IMG/VR virus record: IMGVR_UViG_3300020382_000112
Location: 1-27,323 of that record
DNA length: 27,323 nucleotides
Reading direction: 5' to 3' (one strand)
Source: a virus
Lineage: Duplodnaviria > Caudoviricetes
Part shown: positions 17,578-26,212 of the stretch, one piece after another
How positions within the stretch are numbered: the first letter of the stretch is position 1
Layout of the letters: every line of letters begins with the position of its first letter
The notes under the pieces: model-generated
Seen by the model: the letters and a program-made list of their open reading frames with translations, nothing else
Database searches by the model: none
Told to the model about the DNA's origin: nothing
Position numbers and translations under genes: made by a program

Positions 17578-18612
17578 ATGTCCCAGGATAACGTGCAGGA
17601 AGATTTCAACTCAGGTTTAGCCGATGCATCTCTTAGTTTAGATGAAGCGGCAGAAGCCATTTTAGCAAACTGGACGGACGCTGAAGAGCCATCCGAAAAA
17701 GGTGAACTAGAGGCAACGGATGAGACTACGGATGAGACTGATGTAGAGGATTCTGAAAGCGAGGATGATGTAGAAACCGAAGAAGAAAATGAGTCTGAAG
17801 AAGACCCTGATGAAAGTGACACTGAAGAAGCTGATGATGAAGAAGAGGTGGAGTTGGAAATATCCGACGATACTCTTGTTGAACTCACAGTGGACGGTGA
17901 AACTAAGCAGGCATCTTTGAAAGACCTCAAAAGACTTTACGGCCAAGAAGCGTCACTCACAAGAAAGTCTCAAGAAACAGCAAACCAAAAGAAAGAAGCC
18001 AATGAAGCAATGCAACGTGCAGATGCGTCATTACAAGCGATGCTCAAACGCGCCCAAGACCGATACCGGCCATATCAAGAAGTAGACATGCTCCTAGCCT
18101 CACGGCAGATGGAAGCTGAAGACTTTGCGGCACTAAGGCAAGAAGCGCAGGCGGCAGAAAGCGATCTTAAATTCCTCACTGAGGAAGCTAATAGTTACTA
18201 CGGTGAAATACAGCAAAAGCAACTCGTTCAGCAACAAGTACAAGCTAAAGAATGTATTGAAGTACTGAAACGAGATGTGCCTGATTGGTCTACAGACTTA
18301 TATGACGAGATTCGATCACACGCTATTAGTAACGGTTTACCTGAAGACTCTGTGAACAACTACACCGACCCAAGTGTAATAAAGATTTTACACAAGGCGA
18401 TGATGTTCGATCAGGGTAAGAAAGTAGCCAAAGCAAAGAAAGCAAAAGCACCCACCAAGATTTTACGAAGCAAGAAAGCACCCCCGACTAAAACTGACAT
18501 AAAAATCAGCAAGAAGAACGAGATGCAAAACCGCTTACGTGCAAACCAAAGTGGTGTAACTGACCTAGATGATATTGCAGATGCACTAATGGCAAATTGG
18601 GATGCTAACTAA
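17578..18612 (+). CDS. Capsid scaffolding protein
   Basis: Very acidic N-terminus, VELTVDGE..QASL.DL...Y...ASLTRKSQE motif, coiled coil, basic C-terminus; precedes the capsid gene. Confidence 0.85.
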   Translation: MSQDNVQEDFNSGLADASLSLDEAAEAILANWTDAEEPSEKGELEATDETTDETDVEDSESEDDVETEEENESEEDPDESDTEEADDEEEVELEISDDTLVELTVDGETKQASLKDLKRLYGQEASLTRKSQETANQKKEANEAMQRADASLQAMLKRAQDRYRPYQEVDMLLASRQMEAEDFAALRQEAQAAESDLKFLTEEANSYYGEIQQKQLVQQQVQAKECIEVLKRDVPDWSTDLYDEIRSHAISNGLPEDSVNNYTDPSVIKILHKAMMFDQGKKVAKAKKAKAPTKILRSKKAPPTKTDIKISKKNEMQNRLRANQSGVTDLDDIADALMANWDAN

Positions 18613-18642
18613 CCCTTTTTTAAATTTTACAGGAATAAAATA

Positions 18643-19530
18643 ATGACCCAGTTAATTTCGTATGATCTGGTAGGTGTTAAAGAAAACGTGCATGACGCGA
18701 TCAGTTCAATATCGCCAAGTGCTACACCATTTTTGACAATGACCAAAAGCGAGAAAATCCACAACACTACTTTCAGCTTTTTAGAAGATAGTTTGAGAAA
18801 TTCAAACGGTGGTAATGCGCTTTTAGAAGGGGCAGATGCTACCTTCACAGCAGTAGGACAGCCAACCACACGCTCTAACAACACTCAGATTATTGGTGAA
18901 TCTTTCACTGTATCTGCAACTTCAGATGTTGTTTCTGTGTATGGAAAAAAGAAGCAGACGGCCTATAATTTGGCAAAAGTAATGTCTGTTCTCAAGAAGG
19001 ACTATGAAGCCGCGTGTGTCGGTGTATCTCAGGCCGCAGTGGCAGGAAATGCTTCTACTGGACGTAAGATGGCTAGTATCGATCAGCAAATCTCTACTTC
19101 AGTAGATGCCGGAGCCGATGCGACAAATCCGCTTACAGAGGCTAAAATCTTGGAGCTAGGACAGACTTGCTACGTAAATGGTTCTGATCCGTCAGTACTA
19201 ATGGTTAAGCCTGCCGACAGCACTATTATCGCAGGATTCGCCTCTAGTTCTAACCGGACTCGTGACTTGGGTAGCGATAAGACCCTAGTAAATACGATAG
19301 ACGTATTACAGACGGCCTTCGGTTCTTACAAGGTTGTGATGTCGAGAGAGCAACTTTCGACCCACGCGTTCTTAATAAATCCATCGATGTTCAAGCAATG
19401 TGTTCTACGTCCTATGTCTCGTACTCTCCTTAGTAAAACTGGCGACAGCGACAAGCACCAATGTTTGATGGAAGTTTCTAACCGTCACACAAACTTTGGC
19501 GATTCAGGAATGATCACTGGACTTTCCTAA
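18643..19530 (+). CDS. Major capsid protein (SU10/DUF5309-like)
   Basis: G.KENV.D.I..ISP..TPF, N.TQI....F.VS.T, RKMA, L.KTGDS motifs; followed by a terminator. Confidence 0.85.
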   Translation: MTQLISYDLVGVKENVHDAISSISPSATPFLTMTKSEKIHNTTFSFLEDSLRNSNGGNALLEGADATFTAVGQPTTRSNNTQIIGESFTVSATSDVVSVYGKKKQTAYNLAKVMSVLKKDYEAACVGVSQAAVAGNASTGRKMASIDQQISTSVDAGADATNPLTEAKILELGQTCYVNGSDPSVLMVKPADSTIIAGFASSSNRTRDLGSDKTLVNTIDVLQTAFGSYKVVMSREQLSTHAFLINPSMFKQCVLRPMSRTLLSKTGDSDKHQCLMEVSNRHTNFGDSGMITGLS

Positions 19531-19546
19531 GTCCTGAGTAGTATTT

Positions 19547-19616
19547 GGGGTTGTTGATAGAAACTTGGGTTTTGCTCTCCTTAACAAGTTTCTGTCTTCA
19601 GCCCCTCTTTATTTTT
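19547..19616 (+). terminator. Intrinsic terminator-like hairpin after the capsid gene, with anti-SD loop
   Basis: Stem 19547-19567 / 19585-19605 (19 pairs including 2 G-U, plus a 2x2 internal loop), 17-nt loop, then TCTTTATTTTT. Confidence 0.75.
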
Positions 19617-19628
19617 AAGGAGGAGCGA

Positions 19629-19934
19629 ATGACCGATTTTAAATACCATGATGTTGCTAATGAAATCCTACATAACAACGATGAAGAACATCTAACAATA
19701 AAAAAAACCCAATACATTCCACCATCTTTCTTGGACAAATTGAAGAGAGAGAGAGAAGACTCATTGAACCAGACCGAAGGTGAGTTCATGAGAGTAGCGT
19801 CTGTACCAGTGGCAGTTCACGAACAGTGGCTAAGAGAGGGTTTCGATATGATGAAAGAAACTCCAAAAGCCATAGTCCTGAGACTACAGCGCCAAGACCT
19901 TCATGCATTTATTACAACCAAAAAACAGGTATAG
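19629..19934 (+). CDS. Hypothetical protein after capsid, 101 aa (MTDFKY...)
   Basis: Track ORF re-started at ATG 19629 after SD AAGGAGGAG; RVASVP..V.EQW..EG motif. Confidence 0.8.
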   Translation: MTDFKYHDVANEILHNNDEEHLTIKKTQYIPPSFLDKLKREREDSLNQTEGEFMRVASVPVAVHEQWLREGFDMMKETPKAIVLRLQRQDLHAFITTKKQV

Positions 19935-19937
19935 AAA

Positions 19938-20540
19938 ATGAATTATGGAAGTATCAGAACTCACTTTAAAGCGGTACTAAACCGCTCAGACATTACAGAC
20001 GCACTTGCTGATACTTTCATCGACCAAGGTATCGCAAGAATACAGCGTTCACTTAGAATCCCTGCAATGGAAACTCAACAAAACTATACGTTTACAAGTG
20101 CTACTTCATTTGTTGTTTTGCCTGCAAACTTCTTAGAGGCTATTGACCTCTACTATGACAATAAATCTTTGATCCGACTACCAATGCCTGAAATTCAGCG
20201 ATTACGCGATGGTAATGAGTCGGGCAAACCTTGCTACTTTGCAAGAGAGGCCGCGAAGTTCTTACTCTACCCACAGCCTAGTTCAGGAAAACTTGTACTT
20301 AATTACTATGCGAGTTTCCCTGAGTTGACTTCGGATACTGATGAAAACATCTTGACAGGGATCGCCCCAGATTTAGTTATTTATTCAAGTCTGACCTATG
20401 CAAGTGACTACTACTTAGATGAGAGGAGTCAAGTGTTTGATCAGAAATACATTCAATTTATGACTGAGTTACAAGAACAAGCAAATGATCAAGAACTCAT
20501 TGGGACGCTACAAGCAATTCGTCCTTCATACCATCTTTAA
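19938..20540 (+). CDS. Head-tail adaptor / tail tubular protein A-like
   Basis: MNY..I......LNR.D....DTFI......RI.R.LR, LPANFLE, G.P.YF, LYPQP, PDL..Y..L motifs; 200 aa. Confidence 0.7.
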   Translation: MNYGSIRTHFKAVLNRSDITDALADTFIDQGIARIQRSLRIPAMETQQNYTFTSATSFVVLPANFLEAIDLYYDNKSLIRLPMPEIQRLRDGNESGKPCYFAREAAKFLLYPQPSSGKLVLNYYASFPELTSDTDENILTGIAPDLVIYSSLTYASDYYLDERSQVFDQKYIQFMTELQEQANDQELIGTLQAIRPSYHL

Positions 20541-20555
20541 AAAGGAGAAATAACT

Positions 20556-21086
20556 ATGGCTAAATCGTCATTCTTCAGTAGCAATGGTATCTCTCCAACT
20601 AATACAACTGCCTTGCAAAGTTCCGTTGCAACTGCGGCTAATAGTGCTACAAATGCTATCAATGCTTTCAATAAGTTTGATTCTAGATACTTAGGGTCTT
20701 TTGCATTACCACCAGATACTGATAATCAAAGTGCCGCCTTACAAGAAGGGGCGCTTTACTACGACACCCGTACAAAACTCCTTTATGTTTGGAGAGCTAC
20801 ATATTGGGAGTCGATTGGTGATTATTCCCTCCTGCTTAGAAAGGCAAATAATCTGTCTGACCTAGCGAGTCTAGAAACAGCACGAAAAAATCTATCGCTT
20901 GGCGATTCTACTTTAGACACTTACTACGTTAAATCCAGAGCATCCAGTGGTACAGCCATAAATGTTGAGGGGACTATTAGAGCCTCTGGTAGCGTAGATG
21001 CTACGACTTATAAACGTGAGGGTACTGTTTTTTTGGACAACATAGGTCAACTCACTAACGTCACTTTAGACGCAGGAAACTTTTAA
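20556..21086 (+). CDS. Tail fibre proximal/anchor protein
   Basis: FDSRYLG....P..DN...AL..GALYYDT and NNLSDL....AR.NL fibre motifs; ends LDAGNF. Confidence 0.65.
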   Translation: MAKSSFFSSNGISPTNTTALQSSVATAANSATNAINAFNKFDSRYLGSFALPPDTDNQSAALQEGALYYDTRTKLLYVWRATYWESIGDYSLLLRKANNLSDLASLETARKNLSLGDSTLDTYYVKSRASSGTAINVEGTIRASGSVDATTYKREGTVFLDNIGQLTNVTLDAGNF

Positions 21087-21121
21087 CAACACCCAAAACA
21101 AAACAATGAGGCTCTCCCCCC

Positions 21122-22252
21122 ATGTCACAAACTATTAAAATCAAAAGAAGTAACTCAAACTTAGTACCCTCCGGTACTCTAGCACACGGTGAGTTAGCAT
21201 ACGGAACTGTAAGCGGATCAGGTACGGACGGTAAGTTAAGCATTGGCCGCCCGGGAACTTCGGCAGGAAGTGAAGTCAATGATGTAATCGGTGGTCGTCT
21301 TTACACAGTGGCTATCGATAACGCAGGCCACATTAATAACGCAAATTGTATTATCAGGCGACATGTTACCGACAATTCATTTGCGTCAGGAAAAATTACG
21401 GTTGAGTCAGGCGGTGTTCAGGTAAATGCTAACGCGGCAACAAGCACAACCGCAGGACACTCTAACAACTGGAATACGGCTTACACATTGGCGAGTGCGG
21501 CTCTAGGCAGTGGCGGTGGCACGATGTCCGGTGCGCTTTTGGGTACGACTGCATCATTTTCAGGCACAACTGCATTAAACAATTCATCTATTAACTTAGG
21601 TTTTGCTTCAGGCGCGGCCGAAATTAAAGCGAAGGGTAGCTCTGCCTCTCCGTCAGCACACCTTGATCTGCTCCGCACAAACGCGGCAGGAAACACTCTT
21701 TTCGGGTTGAGAGTTTTGGCCGAGGGAGGTCTCAGTGTCGGTAGTGGTGCTGTCACTATGGACGGCAATCTTGAAGGTGTTTATGCGCTTCAAATGTACG
21801 GTGCGATTTCTGGCGCGACTACTATTAATGCAACTTCAAGTGTGTCTGTTCCTACTGTCAATACCACAAATCTCAGCGTAGGCACGATTACTGGCCCAAG
21901 CGTGATGACGATTGATCCTGCCGGAACAGGAGCGTCTGGAGAACTCGTTATTCAAGGCTCTTTGACGGTTAAAGGCACTACGACAACTATCGACTCAAAT
22001 ACACTGTCAGTAGGCGATAGCCTGATCGTGTTAAACGGTGATGAAACTGGAACTCCAAGCCAAAACTCAGGAATTGAAGTAGAGCGTGGCACTCAAGGTA
22101 ACGTAAGCCTCCAGTGGGTGGAGACAGGCACGACCAGTACAAGCTACTGGGCGGTGAATGATGCGTCAGGTGTTAGTCCTAATTTGTATCCGCTTCTTCA
22201 CACTCGTACTGCACATCTTCAGACTTATGAGATTGAAGGTGGCTCGTTCTAA
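21122..22252 (+). CDS. Tail fibre protein
   Basis: N-terminal TIKIKRS...LAHGELAY; Gly/Ser/Thr-rich; G.LTVKGTTTTIDS.TL.V.D.LI.LN and GIEVERG motifs; ends IEGGSF. Confidence 0.8.
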   Translation: MSQTIKIKRSNSNLVPSGTLAHGELAYGTVSGSGTDGKLSIGRPGTSAGSEVNDVIGGRLYTVAIDNAGHINNANCIIRRHVTDNSFASGKITVESGGVQVNANAATSTTAGHSNNWNTAYTLASAALGSGGGTMSGALLGTTASFSGTTALNNSSINLGFASGAAEIKAKGSSASPSAHLDLLRTNAAGNTLFGLRVLAEGGLSVGSGAVTMDGNLEGVYALQMYGAISGATTINATSSVSVPTVNTTNLSVGTITGPSVMTIDPAGTGASGELVIQGSLTVKGTTTTIDSNTLSVGDSLIVLNGDETGTPSQNSGIEVERGTQGNVSLQWVETGTTSTSYWAVNDASGVSPNLYPLLHTRTAHLQTYEIEGGSF

Positions 22253-22309
22253 GCAACTTCATATCTCTCTTTGTCTACATAGACACCCTTTAATTTCAGG
22301 AGATGCCAA

Positions 22310-24910
22310 ATGGCACAAACCATTAAACTCAAACGCTCGTCAGTCGCAGGGCGCGTCCCCACAACCTCTGATCTCGAATACGGAGAGATTGGCATTAACA
22401 CAGCAGATGGTAAAATCTACCTGAAAAAATCAGGGGGTGGCGCACAAGTAATTAGCGCAGGATTCAGTGGTGACTATGGTGATTTAACTAATACACCATT
22501 TACTTTCAACAACATAACTGGAGTTAGTACTAATGCTGACTTAGGAGTTGTCTTCCATACTGGCGGCACAGCATTACAAACAGATGCAGGAGCTTCTTTT
22601 AGTTTCAACCCATCTACAAATGTACTAAAGGTTGCAGGATCGAATGTCCTTACAACTGCAACTCTTCCTGCTTATCCGACTAGCCTCCCTGCGAGTGGTG
22701 GTAACGCTGATACGGTTGACAACCTTCATGCAAGCTCGTTCATCAGAAGTGACGCTAATGATAGTGCTTCTGGAATTGTAAGTTACACCAACGGCTCTAA
22801 CGCCTTATCTACCTCAAGTGGTGCAGTAAGAATAACAGGCGGTCTTGGTGTCGGTTACAACGTGTTTGCGAACTTGGTTAAATCTAATGTTCAAGGAACG
22901 CTTTGGGGGTCTTCAAACCATGGAAAAAATTCTGGATTGGATGCAGGGTTATTCGCAGGACTTGATTTACATGATACTCAGGGTACGCAAAATAATGCTA
23001 ACAAAGTATTAAGAACACAAGTCAACGGCTACACAATGCTTGGGTGGATTAATACCACCAGTGGTTCAACCTCATCAACATTGAATAGAATTTACTGTTC
23101 TGAAGACGGATACATACGCTATCAGACTCCTGCTAACTTTGGTAATTCTATTGGCCCTCACATTAACTACAACGACCTCCAGAACAAACCTACTTTGACA
23201 ACTGGTGCAACTGGAGCTACAGGGCCACAAGGGCCACAAGGAGTCCAAGGAAATACTGGAAATACTGGAGCTACAGGGCCACAAGGGCCAATCGGAAATA
23301 CTGGCGCTACTGGTGCGGCCTCTACGGTTGCAGGCCCAACTGGGTCAACTGGGCCACAAGGAGCAACTGGTAACACAGGTTCTCAAGGTACAAACGGTTC
23401 TCAAGGTGCAACAGGAGCTACTGGAGCGGCAAGTACTGTAGCAGGCCCACAAGGTTCTACTGGCTCAACTGGGCCACAGGGTGCAACCGGAAACACTGGC
23501 GCTACAGGTTCACAAGGGCCACAAGGAAACACTGGTTCGACAGGTCCGGCAGGATCAACATCCTATAACGCAGGCACACTTGATAATTTAGATTCCACCG
23601 CTTTCGCAAGACTTGGTGGGACTAGTCACAATAGGACTATTCCAAATAGATGGTTTGCAACTGGTGACAATGACAACAATATAGATTATTACACGCACCT
23701 TTACGCTAAAGCCCATATGGGTAACACCTACAAGTACGGTACTTCTCGACCGGCAATAACCAGTGATTCAAACTATTGGGTCGGAGCGATGGGTTGGGGC
23801 GCGGTTAATCTCAATACTATATTTAGTTATGGGTCAGGATTTTGGGATGCTTGGAGCATGACTGATGCTCTTAATCGACCTTCTAACTACACCACACACT
23901 GGACAGGTTTAAATGCATTGCATTACTCTGCAAGCACTACCGCACAATATGGTATGCAGATGGCGATGGGTGTTGGTGATCCGTCACATACCTATTTGAG
24001 AGGTCAGTGGGGTGCAGGGGTTCGAGCTTGGCAGAAAATCTGGACTTCTGGAAATCACGGAAGCTCGTCTGGTCTCGATGCAGATCTACTTGATGGTTTA
24101 GACTTACATACTGGAAGAAATCACGACGTAAACAAAGTTGTAAGAACCGATGCCAATGGTTACATACAGGCAGGGTGGATCAACACAACAAGTGGTTCAA
24201 CTACTGGCATGAATCGAATTTATGCATCAAACGATGGTTACATTAGATATGTCACTCCTACTACTTTTGGCTTAGGAATCACACCATATATCAACATGCC
24301 GACCACTGACACAACTTGGAACTACACAGGTCATGCAGGAAAAGCCGCTATATCTGGCCCGATTGGAACTCTAGGTGAAACTCAGAATGCTCATGCGGCA
24401 AGTCAAGGTTCTAGTAATCTTCGAGGTGTCGGTGTTAGTCACAACGGTAAAGTTTGTCAGGATTTCGTTGAGCAAACATGGACATTGACTAGAGCAGAAT
24501 ACAATGCAATGACGGCTAATCAGGCTTTCACCATGATAAGTTTGGGGAATGGTCGAGGTTCGAGTCCGGGTCGAGCGGCTATCGTGACCGAGTGTGTCTT
24601 GATGATGAAATACTCGGGCGTTCCTAACCAAGCTACGCTAAGTAGCTATACAGGCAGTTCTATCGAAATCTTATCGAGCAATGGCAGTAGTCAAAATAAG
24701 ATTGCAGGATGGATGGGTCATGTATTAGAAAGTATGTGTAAAAACTCTAATGCACGATGTGAATTTGCGTATCAAGACCGAACGTATCGACGTTACTGGG
24801 CTGAAGAATCCATTGCATTTTTCAAACAAGACAATTCACAGCTACACGTAGCCGTCACGCATTTGTGCATAAAATTACGATATAAAGTCTTCGATGGAGC
24901 AAATTTCTAA
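22310..24910 (+). CDS. Long tail fibre / receptor-binding protein with collagen-like segment
   Basis: N-terminal TIKLKRS...[16 protein letters not shown]; [13 protein letters not shown] and LDADLLDG fibre repeats; Gly-X-Y tract; duplicated ~82-aa module. Confidence 0.85.
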   Translation: MAQTIKLKRSSVAGRVPTTSDLEYGEIGINTADGKIYLKKSGGGAQVISAGFSGDYGDLTNTPFTFNNITGVSTNADLGVVFHTGGTALQTDAGASFSFNPSTNVLKVAGSNVLTTATLPAYPTSLPASGGNADTVDNLHASSFIRSDANDSASGIVSYTNGSNALSTSSGAVRITGGLGVGYNVFANLVKSNVQGTLWGSSNHGKNSGLDAGLFAGLDLHDTQGTQNNANKVLRTQVNGYTMLGWINTTSGSTSSTLNRIYCSEDGYIRYQTPANFGNSIGPHINYNDLQNKPTLTTGATGATGPQGPQGVQGNTGNTGATGPQGPIGNTGATGAASTVAGPTGSTGPQGATGNTGSQGTNGSQGATGATGAASTVAGPQGSTGSTGPQGATGNTGATGSQGPQGNTGSTGPAGSTSYNAGTLDNLDSTAFARLGGTSHNRTIPNRWFATGDNDNNIDYYTHLYAKAHMGNTYKYGTSRPAITSDSNYWVGAMGWGAVNLNTIFSYGSGFWDAWSMTDALNRPSNYTTHWTGLNALHYSASTTAQYGMQMAMGVGDPSHTYLRGQWGAGVRAWQKIWTSGNHGSSSGLDADLLDGLDLHTGRNHDVNKVVRTDANGYIQAGWINTTSGSTTGMNRIYASNDGYIRYVTPTTFGLGITPYINMPTTDTTWNYTGHAGKAAISGPIGTLGETQNAHAASQGSSNLRGVGVSHNGKVCQDFVEQTWTLTRAEYNAMTANQAFTMISLGNGRGSSPGRAAIVTECVLMMKYSGVPNQATLSSYTGSSIEILSSNGSSQNKIAGWMGHVLESMCKNSNARCEFAYQDRTYRRYWAEESIAFFKQDNSQLHVAVTHLCIKLRYKVFDGANF
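23204..23560 (+). repeat. Collagen-like Gly-X-Y repeat region
   Basis: [12 protein letters not shown] triplets, interrupted twice by STVA. Confidence 0.9.
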
Positions 24911-25236
24911 TGGCAATCACATACACATACGAGTTTCCAAAACAGCCTAAAGTCGCAAGCCTCACGCACGAGGGTGAAGTTTATGAAAACCTTCTTCAGG
25001 AAATTGAATACGTAAAAACTGGGACGGATGAAAACGGTATTTCAGCTTCTTGGACGGAGACAGCGTACTTTGCCTGCGACGAATACTGGTTAGACCTTGA
25101 TTCGCTAATTCCATTCGCTGATCTTACAAAAGACAAAATAATTCAGTGGATAGAGGGTCTTGGAGGAAATTGGGTAAACAAACAAATCGACCAATTACTA
25201 GCCGAAAAACAAAACACAGTCGCATTACCATTTTAA
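24910..25236 (+). CDS. Fibre-associated hypothetical protein
   Basis: TAATG coupling to the fibre gene; IPFADLTKD.II.WIE motif, of a type often seen next to phage fibres. Confidence 0.7.
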   Translation: MAITYTYEFPKQPKVASLTHEGEVYENLLQEIEYVKTGTDENGISASWTETAYFACDEYWLDLDSLIPFADLTKDKIIQWIEGLGGNWVNKQIDQLLAEKQNTVALPF

Positions 25237-25255
25237 ATAAAAAGGAAAGAGAATC

Positions 25256-25525
25256 ATGGCAGTAACATACGAAATGCTAGAAGAGTTCGATGGAACTCGT
25301 GTCAACGAAATCCCCGATCCCGACAATGAGGGCGAGACAATCAGCGAGACTGTCACAATAAGAGATTTGAAAGTGAAATTCACGCAAGGCGATGTCGTTC
25401 ATGAGAGGCTTGTAAACGTCAGTTATGACGCAGACGGTGCTTACGACGATGATGCAACTAAGGTTGTATGTGAATCAGTCGCTATGGGTGTTGAGCATAA
25501 CATTCGACTTGGAGTAATTTCATAA
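25256..25525 (+). CDS. Acidic hypothetical protein, 89 aa
   Basis: ORF track; SD AAGGA; starts MAVTY like the preceding MAITY. Confidence 0.75.
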   Translation: MAVTYEMLEEFDGTRVNEIPDPDNEGETISETVTIRDLKVKFTQGDVVHERLVNVSYDADGAYDDDATKVVCESVAMGVEHNIRLGVIS

Positions 25526-25662
25526 TGGCTAAACAAGGTCTGTACGCCAACATAGCCAAACGTCGAGCTTCAGGCAAAGCACCGCGTCCAGTGGGTGCGA
25601 AGGGCGCTCCTACGAACTCTGATTTTAAAAACGCGGCTAAGACTGCTAAGAAAAGGAAATGA
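25525..25662 (+). CDS. Small basic protein, 45 aa (MAKQGLYANIAKRRASGKAPRPVGAKGAPTNSDFKNAAKTAKKRK)
   Basis: Not in the track. TAATG overlap upstream and ATGA overlap downstream; SD GGAG. Confidence 0.8.
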   Translation: MAKQGLYANIAKRRASGKAPRPVGAKGAPTNSDFKNAAKTAKKRK

Positions 25663-25850
25663 CTGAGATGGCTACAGTAAAGGAAACTCTAATTAGGCTA
25701 AATGCACATGAGAAAGAATGTCTAGTGCGTTACTCAGATATACAGCGGCAACTGGAATTAGGCAGAAGTAACATTGCGCGACTAGAGAGAATGGTCATAG
25801 CTATCTACCCATTCATTATTGCCGCAATCGCTTTTGGAAAATGGTATTAG
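25659..25850 (+). CDS. Putative holin-like membrane protein
   Basis: Short coiled coil plus one C-terminal hydrophobic helix (MVIAIYPFIIAAIAF); directly before the endolysin. Confidence 0.5.
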   Translation: MTEMATVKETLIRLNAHEKECLVRYSDIQRQLELGRSNIARLERMVIAIYPFIIAAIAFGKWY

Positions 25851-25854
25851 AAGT

Positions 25855-26211
25855 ATGAAAAAAGACGAATACAAGTATTTCAAAATAGAAGACTTTGATT
25901 GTCAAGAGACAGGTGAGAACGAGATGGATAAATCTTTTATACACGCTCTAGACCACCTTAGAGAGGCTTGCGGATTCCCATTTAACATAACCTCTGGCTA
26001 CCGTTCTCCGACCGGACACTCTATTGAGAAAGCTAAAAAAAATCCTGGCACTCATGCCCATGGAATTGCCTGCGACATCTACGTAACAGGTGGTCGGCAG
26101 AGGATGCAGATCGTTAAACACGCATCAGCAATGGGTATGTCCGTAGGTGTTGCAAAAACATTTGTTCACGTTGATACACGAAAGACAGAGCAGATGTGTT
26201 GGTGTTACTAA
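25855..26211 (+). CDS. Endolysin, peptidase M15 family
   Basis: YF..EDF.C, LDHLRE.CG.P..ITSGYR, H..G.A.DI, FVHVDTR. Start moved to ATG 25855. Confidence 0.88.
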   Translation: MKKDEYKYFKIEDFDCQETGENEMDKSFIHALDHLREACGFPFNITSGYRSPTGHSIEKAKKNPGTHAHGIACDIYVTGGRQRMQIVKHASAMGMSVGVAKTFVHVDTRKTEQMCWCY

Positions 26212-26212
26212 T

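Noticed and set aside
19519-19545. Programmed frameshift or read-through extending the capsid (CTT TCC TAA)
   Set aside because: Both shifted frames stop within a few codons, and read-through stops after about 8 codons.
19531-19600. Hammerhead ribozyme (CTGAG...GAAAC)
   Set aside because: CUGANGA core does not match, and GAAAC is buried in the terminator stem.
19545-19628. Track start at 19545 for the post-capsid ORF (likewise 13578, 25819, 26147 and 1065)
   Set aside because: These extensions cross a terminator, a promoter or the upstream gene; internal ATGs fit SD and coupling better.
22916-24295. Fibre internal duplication as a DGR template/variable repeat pair
   Set aside because: Differences are not adenine-specific, both copies are in-frame within one gene, and no reverse transcriptase is in the window.
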